Assembly (NCBI GenBank): GCA_037379345.1 | Contig: CM074516.1 | Span: 47,467,626-47,531,625 of the forward strand | Direction of reading: 5' to 3' | Source of the DNA: Perna viridis | Lineage: Eukaryota | Length of the DNA stretch: 64,000 nt | In this document: piece after piece, positions 38,254-53,200 of the stretch | Numbering within the stretch: position 1 is the stretch's first letter | How the letters are laid out: every line of letters begins with the position of its first letter | Notes under the pieces: generated by a model | The model's input: the letters and a program-made list of their open reading frames with translations, nothing else | Told to the model about the DNA's origin: nothing | Database searches by the model: none | Position numbers and translations under genes: made by a program

Positions 38254-41200
38254 ATGTCGGACAGTGAAGAAAGCATGTCAACAATGCCTGTTTTGCAAAA
38301 ACGACCCAAAATATCATTACCAACAAATGCAGATGGTTCAGGGGACGATCAAGTAATTCAATACACTTCTTTTAATCATCTCAAACTGAGAAATTGTTCA
38401 GTTATTCTGTCATGTTTTACGTGAAAGGAATCCGATATATTTGTTGCGTTCGGGGTTTTTATCTTAAACATAATAATAATAAAAAAAATAAATCATGATA
38501 TTAAGCCTGATTTCGGATCTCCTGTACTTGGCGATGACAATACTGGTATACCAGTATTGTGTATAATACTGGTATAAAAATTGTTCCAGTATTGTATACC
38601 AGTATTGTACCAGTATTGTGATTTAAAAAGATAAATATTTTACTTGTACATATATATCTATAGTATTGTAGTAATTGTAAGTATTGTCATGAGTATTTGT
38701 AAAAAATTAACTCAAGTACTGTTATGTAATTACTCATTTCTGCACAGTATTAACTTTTATTGATTTAGTAATGTTGACTTTGATATGGAAGACTGCAAAA
38801 ACTGTTGTATGATATTTATTTCGTACATGTTAGAAGAAAATTGAGCACTATTTTAATGAAAGCACAAATCAAAATATCATGATAAAATTACATATTAAGG
38901 TGGTAATACACAGCTACTGTCATTAGAATGAGTCTTAAATCGTCAATGGTCTTAGTCTTAAGTGGACTTTGTTCTTGTAGTAATTTGACTAGGTCTTCAT
39001 ATTCTTTCCAAGTAGGTCTTTTTCCCCAAGGACATGCAAACCTAAGCGATCGGTGGATGGACATCGCTGTACAAAATTTTGAAAAAACAAAATCACTATA
39101 CTGGAACAAGTTTTTATACCAGTATTGCGATCGCCAAGTACATGAGATCCCTGATTTCTCTTGAAAAATATTTCCCGACAGATCATGACAAAAAGAATTA
39201 TGTTAAGTTTCCTCCTTACCTTCAAAAAGAAAAAAAAGAAGAAAGAGTAACAGCACCAAAGGTTGAAAAGTAGACATTACATTGTTTTATTCTCACTGCT
39301 TTACATGGCTAGATTTCCTCAGGATAATGTTAAGCTGTTATTTTAAATGTTAATTTATGTTTATACGAGTTAAGTATTGATAATCAATGTTCAAATGAGC
39401 CATATTTGTGTTAATATAAATACATTGTTTTGGTTCTAATATGATTTTTAAGCTTTGTCCATGAAGGAAAGCTATTTGTAACTCTTTGTCTTTGTAAATG
39501 AAGCACTGCTATGCTGACCGACAGGGACTAACGAGACTTTCTTTGATACATGCTCATACCTGCAAACTGACACGATTTGATCGTTTTCATGATTATTACC
39601 GTTTGTCCCGCTGACATGATTTTTCATCTGAAATTTGTCCCAAAAACACAATTTTGTCAAAATATGGCTATATAAATTTTTGCTAAAATTAGCCAGCCCT
39701 GCCAAAAAATAGCCAGTCGCTGGCTGGCAGGCAGGCTACTATTTCTAACTCTGCAGTAAGCATAAAATATACAAAGCAAGATCTGTCATTCTCAATTATT
39801 TGTAAGATATTCCTCTTTCCTGACCTTAACATCCTACTCCCAGTCTTACTTCAGTTGACTAATTATTTTTTCATAACATGGGTTTGCCTTGGCATCATGT
39901 TACAATTAATTTGTCAGAAGTACTCTCAGATTAATGTATTCTTTGCAATAGGTCTAAAATTTGTAGAACCATGTATGTAAACAAATTATAAAATTGCAAT
40001 TGTTTGTACAAAATGAATTACCTCCCCTGCAATCTTCAATTCTTTTTTAGCTGATCTTGTAATTTCAACAGTGCAGTATCAATTTTTTGTATTTCCCAAA
40101 AGTTTTGTTTGCAATAGTGAAATAGCTACAATTCCATTTTAAATACTGATGATTTTGAAATTTGGTTGCATCATTCTTGAATATTTGTTACATTTCCTCA
40201 TATACTGAACCTATGGTATTCATATAATGAAAAGAATAATTTGCTCAAATGTCCATCTTTCATATTTAGTCTGTGTGAGACCTAATAGGGTTGTCAAGGA
40301 TGTTAAAAAACCCCTTAGTAGTTTTATATTTAGCAACATTTTGTCACATAGAGCAAGGCTTTGGTGTAGAGGCAAAAGAACTTGTTATGACTAAACCCCT
40401 CAAAGTTCAAAGCTGAAAGCTGAATCCACTTCAATTGACAGTAAAGGAAAGAAGGAAAGATGTGTTCAATGTATATTTTAAAAGAGTAGAAATACATTTG
40501 AATGTAAATATGAGTTTCTCATTTATACTTTTGAATTAAAACTTAAGAATTTCAATTAAGTTTGGAGGAATCCAAAAAAAAGATGGGCTTACAAACATAC
40601 GGTACATCAATCTATTACAGTGCATGCACATGTTGTTCAACTGAAAAAGGCCCTTTAATACTAAGTGATTGTCTCATTCATACATTACTACAGTGAAACC
40701 CATGCACTTTGCTAAAGATGTCCCAAAAAATGTTCGTTCACACATCCCGCCAACAAACCTCCACAGCAATTTTCAAAAGTTGGCAGGTATGCATGCTGTG
40801 TGTCTGCTTTAAAAGTTGAAACAATCTCTTCCTAAGGCCTAAAAAATATGGGTGTTTCCAGTTTCCTGACCAGCCCTTTTTTTTTTATGTCAACCCTTGC
40901 TTTTAAAGTTTATTTGGGGATGTGTGTCTAAGGGTGGGTACATTGATTTTAGCAATTCTTTTTCCAGGTCCAGATCAATTACATTATTTTAGCAAAACCT
41001 AAAAAAAATATTTTGAAAAATACAAACCCATGTAGACAATATTTTTAGGTCTGCAACATTTTAGATATTGGAAATAGAAATAAAATATCTGATGAAAAAA
41101 AAGAAAAAATATAATGTACCTATTTGAAATATCATTCCAGGTTAAGACTTATTTTTAACATTGTTAATACATGTCTATAAAAGCTGCAATGAGTAATAAA

Positions 41201-44200
41201 CAACAGTCTCTATGGATTTCATGTCGATCTGTCCCTTAGTGGATCCGTCCTCGGTCAATCTGTCCCTAGTCAATGGGTCCCTAAGTAGATCCATCTCCAA
41301 TCATAAACTTGATGCATTATGAAGTCATGCAATCAAAATATTTAACACAAATGTTGAAAATAAATGATCTTTTCTATAAGTCTTTTATTAAATTTTACAA
41401 TATAAATGAATATATTATAGTTCATAAAACATTATTAGTATTAGACCTACATGTAATTGAGTACAGTTAAAAGTAATTCATATGATTATTACATTACAAA
41501 GAGGAAAGTATTTAATCGATTTAAAGTTTTTATTTAATCATTAATGGATAATTGTTTTCCATTTACTTGTTTTAATCAAGATTTTTACAAGTTAAGTGCA
41601 GCATCCAAACCTTCCCTAAGCTTGATTTAACAAAATAATGAACATCAAACGGTTAATCAGTAAGAAAAACTTTGTTTGATGTTCTGCTCTTTTTTTCTTC
41701 ATTTCTTAGTTATGAATTTTGATACTTACCTTGAAAGTGTGATGACCATAGTCATAAATAAAATTGTCTGTATAAGACACTAAATTTTATACACATAAAT
41801 TTAAACAATATAATTATTAGAGGGGACGGATCAACTTGGGGATGGAACGACTTGGGGCAGATATATATGGGATGGAAAAGTATGGGGACGGATCAACCTG
41901 CTACAAACCTCTCTATGAACTTACTATTCAACAAAATAATATCAATATTCTTCCCTGTTAATTACCTTTTATACCTGACTAAATCATTTTGCTATAACAC
42001 TGTACGCGTCCTCATACACATGTATAGTACCCCATTTAAACAGATCCTCATACACATGTGTGCTATCCCATTTACTCAAATCCTCATACATATGTGTGAA
42101 ACCCCATTTAAACAGATCCTTATGCATGTGTGGTTCCCAATTAACAGATTTTCATACTCATGTGGGGTACTCCATTTACACAGATCCTCATACACGTGTG
42201 GTAAGGGGGTGTCCCTTTAACAGTATATGTATTTTAGAGTTACATTTTCATACATACTTCCATTTACCTTGTAGAGTGAAAGGAAAGGTTCATGCAAGTT
42301 TTTTATTTTATTTTGAGTCATGTACTAAAATGTAAAATAATATTTTAGAAATACAATCTCACTGAATGTTTGATTTGCAAACTTTTACAAGGTATTCAGA
42401 TTAAAAAATATGAATACTATTTATGTATATCCATTTCTTTTTAGGATGATATATCAAGCACTGCCAGTACAATTTTAGATGACATATCAGAAACAAGCAG
42501 TGTTCCCCGTAGAGGTAAAGGGAAGCCTCGTGTCAAACGACAGAAGCTACAGTTTAAATATGCAAATCATGTAAAGGTAATGTGGAAAAAGAAATTATTT
42601 TTTAATGGATTTTAATATGTCACTAAATGGCATGAATGAAACCAAAAACAGACAAACAAACTGACAAAATATTCTAAATGCAGAATTATCAAGATGTTAA
42701 GTTTTTTTATCTATATTTTAGATACATTGAAACTGTTATGATTTTGGCTGCTACATGATTTAAGTATGTAATGTATGAAACTGGTATGTTATTACTATGT
42801 AGGAAGACCATGGATTACCACTGTTTGGTATAGCTGTAAACCAGCTAACTAGAGATGACGATCCTGTTGTATTTTCTACAGTTGGAACTAACAGAGTAAG
42901 TCATGACTTTAACCATAACACCGAAAAATTTATTTCCTTGTAACTAGAATGTAGGAAACATCAGTCACCACTCTTTCTTAAATGTAATATACCATATATG
43001 TGAAGTGTCTTCTACTGGTGGTAATATGCAAAAAATTTTTAAATCAGTAAGGGGAGATAATTTTTATTGCTGCACAGTACTGTTCATTATAGTCACAGAC
43101 TATTTATTATTCATAGACAATAAAACTATGATAAAGTTTATATGACAAAAGTATAAGCAGTAGTGTGTAACCTAGATATTATCTGATTAGTCTTTGCATG
43201 AAACTTTAACTTGGAACAAATTCTGTATACCCAACCTTTATATATTTGTACTTTGGCATTTGTAACCATGTATTTTCACTCCTTCAGATTAAATATAGTA
43301 CAATTATTTCGCGGAACCATCCGGCTTTCTATGACCATCTGAGGTACATCTTTGATTTCAGGTGACAGTATATGAGTTACAGGACAATGGAAAGATAAAA
43401 CTGTTACAGGCTTATGTTGATCCATCTGTATCCTTTCCACCATCTTTACAATGTGTTTATAATGTTTTAGAATTTCACAATTTTTTTTTACTTATCTTCT
43501 GCCTCCACAGCCTATAGCTGCTAACCTTACTGGAGTATCCAAATTGATTAAAAATAAAAAAAAGTAAGGATATTACAGTCTGTTCTACTGGTGTCTTGCT
43601 GCGGAGGGTTTCACTAGTCTATATTTGACAAAATCAATAAGGATCAATCTGAAAAAGAAGGATTGGTTGTTTTAGAAATGTTGGAGGTTCTGATACTGTT
43701 ATGGCTGTGGAGTAAAAATCAGTAATGCTTTATTTTGATATATGTATGTTATTTGTACCATAATATTCTGAATGATATATGGTATCTTCACAAACGTAAG
43801 TACCTTCCAAAATCATTATGGCTTGGGCCAGATATTTCGAAATTACTCAAGAAAAAAGTTATTATTAAAAGTAAATATAAAGTGCCAAAAAATAGTTTCT
43901 AAACTGGACTTTATTGGACAAACTTCATTCTACTATGGTTACAAATGGTATGCAGGGAATTTGCAGGAAAGAAAGCCCTTATTCAGCATCCCATATCTCC
44001 CTAAATCTACTATAAGAATTTATTAGAGAAAACACAAAGATTGTGTCAATAGATGACAGATGCAATGTTACCATGAACAGAATTCAAGATCACTAATATT
44101 TTGTATTGATTTCCTGAACATATGCCAGACAGAAGAGAATTTCTATTGCTGTGCCTGGTCGTATGATGAGTTAGGACAACCAATACTAGCAGCAGCAGGT

Positions 44201-47200
44201 CTTCGTGGTGTCATTAGATTAATCAGTCCTGTTTCCATGCAGTGTATTAAGGTATGTCATTAACTGACTTATAACTTAATTTGTGTTTTAGCAATTCAAT
44301 ATTACTAAATTTTAATTTTGAGTTATGTTTCAATAAAATTTTTCAGATTATTGTACACTTATTATATATTTACGGTAGTTAATTATTTGTCATTCAGCAT
44401 TTTATATGGCATGGTTATGCTAGCAATAAGTTGATATACTTAATCATTTATCATTTCAGCATTGTGTATGCCATGGTTATGCTAGCAATGAGTTGATACA
44501 TGTTAACAATTTTTGATTTTAGCATTTTGTAGGCCATGGTAATGCCATCAATGAGTTGAAGTTTTATCCAAAGGATCCTAATCTGTTACTGTCTGTTTCT
44601 AAAGGTACATGTATTACTTTAGAGGAAGTTAACTGCTTTCTCTCTCTTGTGAAATTGTTCATTTTCTTTTTTTTAAACCAGCATCACAACTCTTGGAAAT
44701 GAATACTATTTTCAGGAGAGACAGTATTTCTCTGCTATTTGATGTTCCATGATTCACAGTTTGTTTCTAAGTATTTATCCCTTCATGGTAATTAATCTAA
44801 CTACATGTAGAACATTAAAAGATAACTAATGTACTTGAAGTACTAGGGTAAAAATGCCACACATGTGTGATGCATGTACCTTAAAACACATGTGAAACAG
44901 GTGTATCATATGCATAGTATACATGCATTTACATGTGTGTGCTATGTATGTGAAACACATGTGTCAGAAAACACATGTATCATGCATGTGTTTGGAATAC
45001 GCATGTGACACATGCGAAATGTACATGCATTACACGTGTTTAAAACTGCATATAACACGTGTTTTGAATCGATGAGGAAACCATATTCTTCCTCACAAAG
45101 CACTTACAACAGCTAATAATGAATAAAATTGAAACTAAAATGAAAGATTTAATACAAAGTCAATGTTGCACTTGAGAAAAATGATACATAATGAACCATC
45201 ATGGTAGTTGGATAAGGAGGGCATTTGAAAGTATAAAGTACATGTACCATAATTTTTACATGAAATAATTATGCATGTGTCACATGTGTATTCTTTCAAA
45301 CATGAAAAACTCATGTGAAATGCATGATTACTTATGTGATTCATGCGTATCACATGCATTTTTCACACATGTATCACATATGTGGCATGAAACGTCTCTT
45401 TCACATGCGTGTGACACGCATATAAAACACGTGTGGCATTTTTACCAGTGTAGTTATCATATGTGAATTTAGTTATTAAGTTACTGTTTGTTGGTGTAAG
45501 AGCTTGAATGTTATATTTGTATTTGACAGATCATACCCTGAGGTTATGGAATGTGAAGACAGATATTTGTGTGGTTAACTTTACTTTAATTACTGTGTAT
45601 TTGACAGATCATACCCTGGGGTTATGGAATGTGGAGGCAGATATTTGTGTGGTTAACTTTACTTTAATGTATTACTGTGTATTTGACAGATCATACCCTG
45701 AGGTTATGGAATGTGAAGACAGATATTTGTGTGGTTATATTTGGTGGAGTTGATGGACACAGGGATGAAGTACTTAGTGCTGTAAGATACCCCTGATTCT
45801 TTACCTGGTTGGACATTGTTGGCTTTATATTTGATGACATTGTTGGCTTTATATTTGTTGATATAATAAGTATTTTGACTGGTATGAAAAGTTAAATTTG
45901 GTAAATGATATTAAAAGGTTAGGGTAGCTACATTTACACATGTAAGTATAGTCATGAATGAAGATGAAAGTCATGATATGAAAAATAACCCTGTAATATT
46001 AAAACATCTTTACAATATATTCCCGAAATATTCATTCTCAAGTGGATAAAACTATATATTCAACGGTATCTTTTCTTTCCAGGATTTTAACATTAAAGGT
46101 AGCATTTTTGTGTCGTGTGGTATGGACCACTCTTTGAAGATGTGGAAGATGGACAAAGATGAGATTACAGCTGCCATAGATCTGTCCTACACTTACCATA
46201 GTGTCAAAACTAATAAGTAAGACTTCTATCTAAACTAGTGTATAGTTATTATTATACGTAAGTTGATGGAGGATATTAAGAAAATGTTTTAGATGTGTTT
46301 AAGTAGTGTACAATCACAAAGGTCTATGTCTGTCTGCCCGTTGTCGTCTGATGATAAGCACTACTCATCCAATTACAAATAATTTTGTGCTTTGTTGTTT
46401 TCATTGCATGTTGACTGACTGAGTAAATCAAGAAACAGGGGAGATAATTCACATATGGTGGATGTGTAGCATTCAAATTTGGAATGGTACAGCGAGAATG
46501 ACCCCTTGCCAGGTAGTTGTTGGGGCAATTGTAAAGTACCCTTTTTAAAAAAAAAATTGAAAAGAGTTTTAGGTACCGCATGCCATATCAACGATGATTT
46601 TTGGTATAGCAATAGCCATACCTGCCACACCAGGCACAATACCACAGCATGTTTGTATTATTGCTAAAAATGTGACATAGCTGTCATTATAATTCAAACT
46701 CTCGGTTTTTGAATTTGTATTAAAAATAAAGTATGAAATTTCTTGATATCCAAAAATTTCTAATATGACAAAAAAATGAATTTACACATAAGTTAATGGA
46801 TTTACAGGATGTTGAACAATGAATTCAAATATAACTGTCAGTTTCATTGTAAGAGCTAACTGTGAGCAAACTCACAATGAGAACACCCAAGTTTCATATG
46901 GAGTTAAATGTTAAATGTATATTCCTTCAACTGTATTATCTCCCTTAGGAGTCCTCCAACTGTAATTATATTCCTTCATGCACTTCTACATATGATACCG
47001 ACCTTCCTATAACATTTCATCAAAATCCGATAGCTGTTTAGCAAGAGTTGTACTTATGAGGCTTCAATATATTAAACCTTCAGCAGTAACTTTATTCCTT
47101 CATACACATCTACATATGATGCCCAACCTTCCTAAAGCTGTTTTAGCAATTAAAGAGGAGTTGTGCTTACAAGGTTTTAACATATAAAATGTTTATGCTG

Positions 47201-50200
47201 GATTAACACCCTTAGGAGTCATCTGACGGTAACTGTACTCCTTACTCCTTCATGCACATTTTCATTTGATGTCCAACCTTCCTGTAAAATTTCATCAAAA
47301 CCTCCTGAAGGTTTAGAAAGAGTTGTGCTTATAAGAAATGTGGACAGATAGAGGGGATGATTTCTATATACTGTCCAAACCCTGTTTTCAGGGGTTATAA
47401 TGATTATTATGGTACATATAAAAGTAATTTTTATTAGTGTTTTTAAAGGAATTCATTTATGAAGTAAAGCTTACAAACAATTTCTTGGGAATAAAAAGTG
47501 CATTAAAAACATTAATTCACTTCAACCCATTGAAATGGCTGGTACATTTATTTCTTAATTACTACTATCTAAAATTTATAAATTAAACCGAAGTTATTAA
47601 ATGTGTGATATTGCTAGTAAATGCTTATATTTGAGTTTACAACATTCTATTCCTTGCAATTATTTCAGACCTTTTCCAACAGTAAGCCAGAACTTCCCAG
47701 ACTTTGGTACAAGAGATGTCCATAGGAACTATGTAGACTGCGTACGATGGCTTGGCAACTTTGTTTTATCTAAGGTACATTATAGGAGGGGTGTTTACTT
47801 ATACAGATTTTCTACCAATTTTGACTGCAAATTATGCTCTATGGATTGTGAATATCTCCATAGTACCTTTGTTAAAATTTCAGGAAGTTCAGGATTTTAT
47901 GGATCATTTCCATAGAATACTGTAAAAAATATGGATTGTCATCAGGTAGTTAAAACAGATCTGTCATAGAAACATTTAGATGGCTTGGCAACTTACTGTA
48001 GTTTTAATAATTCTTTAGTGTGTTTTCATTACCCCTGTGATTTAATTGTTTATTGCAGTTAATCTTGGAGTCTAGTGGGAAAGTTGTAGCCAAAAGTAAT
48101 TGATTTTAAAGTTTATATTTCATCCAGTATTCACCAGTTTTAATAAATTTAGTTTATCATGTCCCCTTCTTTATTGGAGACAGGTCTGTGCTTCCAACAT
48201 CTTTTACCTTAATTATTTGATTGAAATGAAAACATTAATTTTAACAGGTAGATATTTAGTACGCAACTTTAGTTTGGGGTCCCATTTGTGGGATGGGATT
48301 TCTGTCATGTTTCTACTTCCTGTTTATTGCAAACCAACCATTTCTATCTTTGACCCATTCTATGATCTTGTTTTGTTATTTGTAGTCATGTGAGAATTCT
48401 ATAAACTGTTGGAAGCCTGGACCATTACATGATACACTGGATAATCTTAAGGCTAATGACAGTAAAGTGACAATTTTACATAGGTTTGACTACAAAGATT
48501 GTGATATCTGGTACATGAGATTCTGTCTGGATTTCTGGCAAAAGGTTGGTAACATACAGACTTAAGAAAACCTTTAAATGCCTGTATCTTGATGAGACAT
48601 TGTTATGTAGTACCTCTGTCTGTTCACATATACAATTAAGAAAAGATGATTTGAGGGATTTCATTAATGTTCTTTTCCCTGGAAAAAAGCTCTTTTTCAG
48701 TTTTCAGGATTGTTCTATTGTTTGAATTCAAAGTTTAATGATTGGGGTTAATATACATCAGGGCCAAGGATCCAGAAACGGTCAAAAATGTTATTGACCG
48801 ACTACCATTTTCCGATATTGGACATAAGAAATTGTCAACCCTTATAAATTACAGTCTGTGTAGTTTTATTAGTGTATAATATGCATCCTGTCTCCCTGTC
48901 TCCTAATTGTTTATTGAAAATTAATTGGCAAGTGTGCATCAATATTAGCTGATGTGGAGCCACCTGTGACTGAGTAGTTCATTACGTAATTATATTAACA
49001 GTACATGTGCAGCACCATTATGTATACCAGTTAATTGAAGTTACTCAGAGAATTTTCATATATTTATTACTTGATTTAATGAAGAAAAATATTGACAAGT
49101 CAATCATTTCCCTGCCGATCTTTCAGTGGTAACGAAAGCATATGGTGTTGTGAAACTACGAAACAGTCGTAGTTTGTAATTATTAATTTATCAATCAAAT
49201 CTTTTTATCACAGAAGTCAACAACCCATTTAATTCAGTATACAAAATGTATTTGCGATTTTCTTTCATAAATATTCAACATTTTTTTCATCACTGCACTG
49301 GGAAGTTTTCAACTGTTTGCCGATGTGATGAAAAGTCTGAGAGATATGATGTTTTGTTTACATGTTTGAGGACGTTCATGTGTGGTCAAAAGATGACTTG
49401 TTCACTCGTTCAGATATTTTGTAAAAGACAGTATGTGATGGAATAACAGAAATTCCAATATTTATCTTTAAATATCTACAAATTTTTTTTTTATTCTTGA
49501 TCTGAGCATTTAAAAGAGTGACACAAATGTCTGCTAGGTTTGATAAAATGACCGACATGGGCTGTCAAAATTTTTGGACCCTTGATCTGGACCAGAAATT
49601 TTGTTGAGGTTGGTTACCCATGGACTGAAGTCAATATTGAATGTGGAAACAAATGAAAAATTATACATTGCTTCAGGGGAATATGGGTATATTGTTTTAC
49701 CCTTATTCATCCAGCTGTCCATCTGTTTATCACACTTTTTTTTCTTAACCATTTTCTGAAACTACTTCACAGGTACTTACTGTTTGACACAAGCCTTATG
49801 TAGGTATGCCATATTGTGGAATTTAATGTCAGGCTTTAGCTGCATTTGAGCTATACAAACTTTCTTTTTAACAAGTCAGTTTATATTTTGTCTGTAAATG
49901 GCATATACTAAAGTGGGGTGGGAGGTATTACTGATGGGCATTAATTTCTTACTTTTTAAATTAATCACATGAATTGAGTTTAATATTACAGTTAGTTTTG
50001 ACAATGTTATTAAGAAATAACTTTTGTCTTAGGTAGTTGTCAATCACGATGTGATTTATTGTAACAATTCTTACATCTCTTTGCTTTGACACATGAGAGA
50101 TAACTGTGATTATACCCCCCCACAAACAAAGTTTAGGGGTATTTAGAAATCATCCTGTTTGTCTGACTTTCTGTCCACATTTCTTGTAAGCCCAACTCCT

Positions 50201-53200
50201 CCTAAACAGCTTGATGGATTTTGATAAAGTTTTATAGGAAGATTGGGCTCTATTCTGTATGTTGATGTGCATGATTGAATAAAACTACAGTAAAAGGACT
50301 CCAAATTAAGATAATCTGGTTTTTAATAAAAGGGTAAACATATTAAATCATCATAAGCTCTTCCTTGTTGAAATATTCAATGAAGAGAATTTGATGTTTC
50401 ATTGAGTGAATTTTATGGTGTGTTTGTTTGTTGTTTCAGTACATTTTTGACATTATATTTAAAGGGGATGGTTAAAGCCTTATAAAACTAGTTCAAATCC
50501 AGGGCAGATTTGATGTGCCTGTCCTCCATGAGATATTGGTCATTAATGTGTCTTTTTGTTGTTTTATAACTTTCTAATTTGATTTTGAAGTATTGTCATT
50601 CATCTGTAGAGAATACTGAATACTTGGAAAAGTCTTAAAATGCATATGAGCATTTAAAACTTATTTCAAAATCATTTAATTAGTGAACACTTTTTTTTTC
50701 GTATCCATCGGTTGAAACTAAAAAATTCGTTTGATTTCTAAAATAAAAGTGCTAGTAAACAATAGTCATCTAATTACTGACATACATATCAAACTGTAGT
50801 TTAAAAGAAGAAATTAAGCTTCAAATATGAAAACAAAAAAGGGTTAAAAATAGTCATAATCATAGTTAATCTTCGATTTTTGTCAATTATTTAAATGGTG
50901 TTCATCTTAAATAAAATAAACAATTTTAAAATTAATTTGCCTTTTTAACAATTTAAGAAAAGGCTGAAAAGTAATAATATCATGATATCAAAATATATTG
51001 TCATTGTATACAATTGATAATATCACAACTGGAAGTCCAGGTGTCATTTTCACAAAAAGTTGTAAGTTTTAAATTGATCGAAAGTTATGTTATAACGATG
51101 CTATTTTCTGTTATGATGTCATTACTTACGATCAACTTTACACTTACAACTTTTTGTGAAATTGATGCCTGAAGCCTAGTAGTCGTAAGAATATGTTATC
51201 TGTGTCAAATGATATTGCCCTGCAATTGTGAAGAAACTGAGAGTATTTGAAACATAAACAAAGAAAAAATTTACGCTGTTTAAAAAGGCTAGCAAACAAG
51301 GTTGAGCATCATCATCGTCTGTTGTTGTCGTCCGTAGTCATCGTCTGTCATCGTTGTCGTCGTTAACAATTTTACAAAATTATTCTTCTCTGAAACAACT
51401 TGAGTCAAATCACTTGACTAATTAAAATCAAACTTAGTAGGAATGTTCGTTGGAGTATTCTGCATAGAACTGAGGTGGGGATTTTTGATCTGTCAAAAAG
51501 CATGGCTGCCATTACTAAAAATAGAACATAGGGGGTCAGACAGTAGTTTTTCACATATATCTCCAAAACTGTTAGGTTTAGCTAATTTTGACAATATGTG
51601 AAAGTGTTCATCATGATGAGATCTATCTCTGGTCAAATTTTGGTTTTAATCCGTTAAGCTATAATTGAGTTATTGCCCTTTTTCAATGATTTTTGCTATT
51701 TTTTTAGTTATTTCTTTCAAAAATCTTCTCCTCTGACACTACTTGACCAATTGAAACCAAACTTGGTATGATTGTTCCTTGGGGTATCCTGCATAAAACT
51801 GTTGTTGGGATTTTCGATTGTTGAGAAACATGGCTGACATTACTAAAATTAGAACATAGGGCTCAGACAGTAGTTTTTCACATATATCTCCAAAACGGTT
51901 AGGTTTAGCTGGATTCTGATGTGAGTAAAAGTGTTCAGCATGATGAGATCTATCAAATTTTGGTTTTAAACCATTAAGTCATGTTGATTATATTGTCGTT
52001 TTTCAACGATTTTTGCTATTTTTAATGTTATTTCTTTCAAAAATCCTCTCCTCTGACATTATTTGATCTATTGGAACCAAACTTGGTATGAATATTTCTT
52101 GGTGTATCCTGCATAGAACTGATGTGGCGATTTTTGAACTGTCAAAAAACATGGCGGCTGTTACTAAAAATAGAACATGGGGGTCAGACAGTAGATTTTT
52201 GCATATATCTCCAAAACTGTTAGGATTAGCCAAATTCTGACAGGATAAAACTATTCAGCATGATGAGATCTATCTGTGGTCAAATTTTGGTTATTGCCCT
52301 TTTTGGATGTTTTTTGCTGTTTTTGATGTTATTACTTCCAAAAATCTTCTCAAAAACTACTTTACAGAATTCAATGAAAGTTGGTATTTTTGTTTTTTAG
52401 GGTATCCTTAACTAAATGACCATTTGCATTTTTGATCGGTTAAAAAACATGGCCACCGTTCCTAAAATAAGAACATATAGGTCAGACAGCAGATTTCTGC
52501 ATACATCTCCAAAACCGTTAGGTTTGGCCAATATTTTTCAATTGCTGAAAATTTGCTTATTATAAGGCCTACAAAAGTCTCCAAGGGATAGTTGTCAGAC
52601 GACTCAATGTAAGGGTTATACCCTTGAGAGATGAAAAATGACTTTTTTTCTTTTTTTTTTTTTTTTACAATTTTCAGCCTATATCTTGAAAACTATGATA
52701 GATAGAATGAAACTTTCAGTTGGTGAAATGATTCTTATTATAAGGCCTACAAAAGTATCTAGGGATCAAAGTTGTCAGATGACTCCATATAAGAGTTATT
52801 GCCCTTGAAAGGCAAAAAAAATTTGTTTTTTTTTTCAGTCGGTATCTTGAAAATTATAATAAATAGAATGAAACTTTCTATTGATGAAATGATCCGCATG
52901 ATAAGTCCTACCAAAGTCTTCATGGAGTCAAAATTGTCGGACAATTTCTTGTTAGAATCCTTGAAAAGCAGAAAATTAACAAGGTGAGCGATTCAGGCTT
53001 CTGGGAGCCTCTTGTTATTTTAATGAAATAAGATATATATCATGCTTGAAGACTTCCACTCCCGTTGGTAAGCAGGTTGCAAGAGTCATCTGGCAAACAG
53101 AAGTGGCATGTCTTGTAACTTTTATCATTTTTTTTTTATTCCATGCAAAATTTTTTTTTTTTTGGGGGGGGGGGAAACATAGGAATATTTTTCTTAAAAG

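Noticed and set aside
38888-39273. Overlapping short ORFs in EED intron 1 as a gene
   Set aside because: Short and broken with no recognisable motif, and flanked by repeat-like ends. Probably a TE remnant that I cannot classify.
45508-45753. EED isoform with tandemly repeated DHTLRLWNV peptide (track ORF)
   Set aside because: The frame is lost between copies 2 and 3 (82-bp spacing), so it cannot rejoin the EED reading frame.
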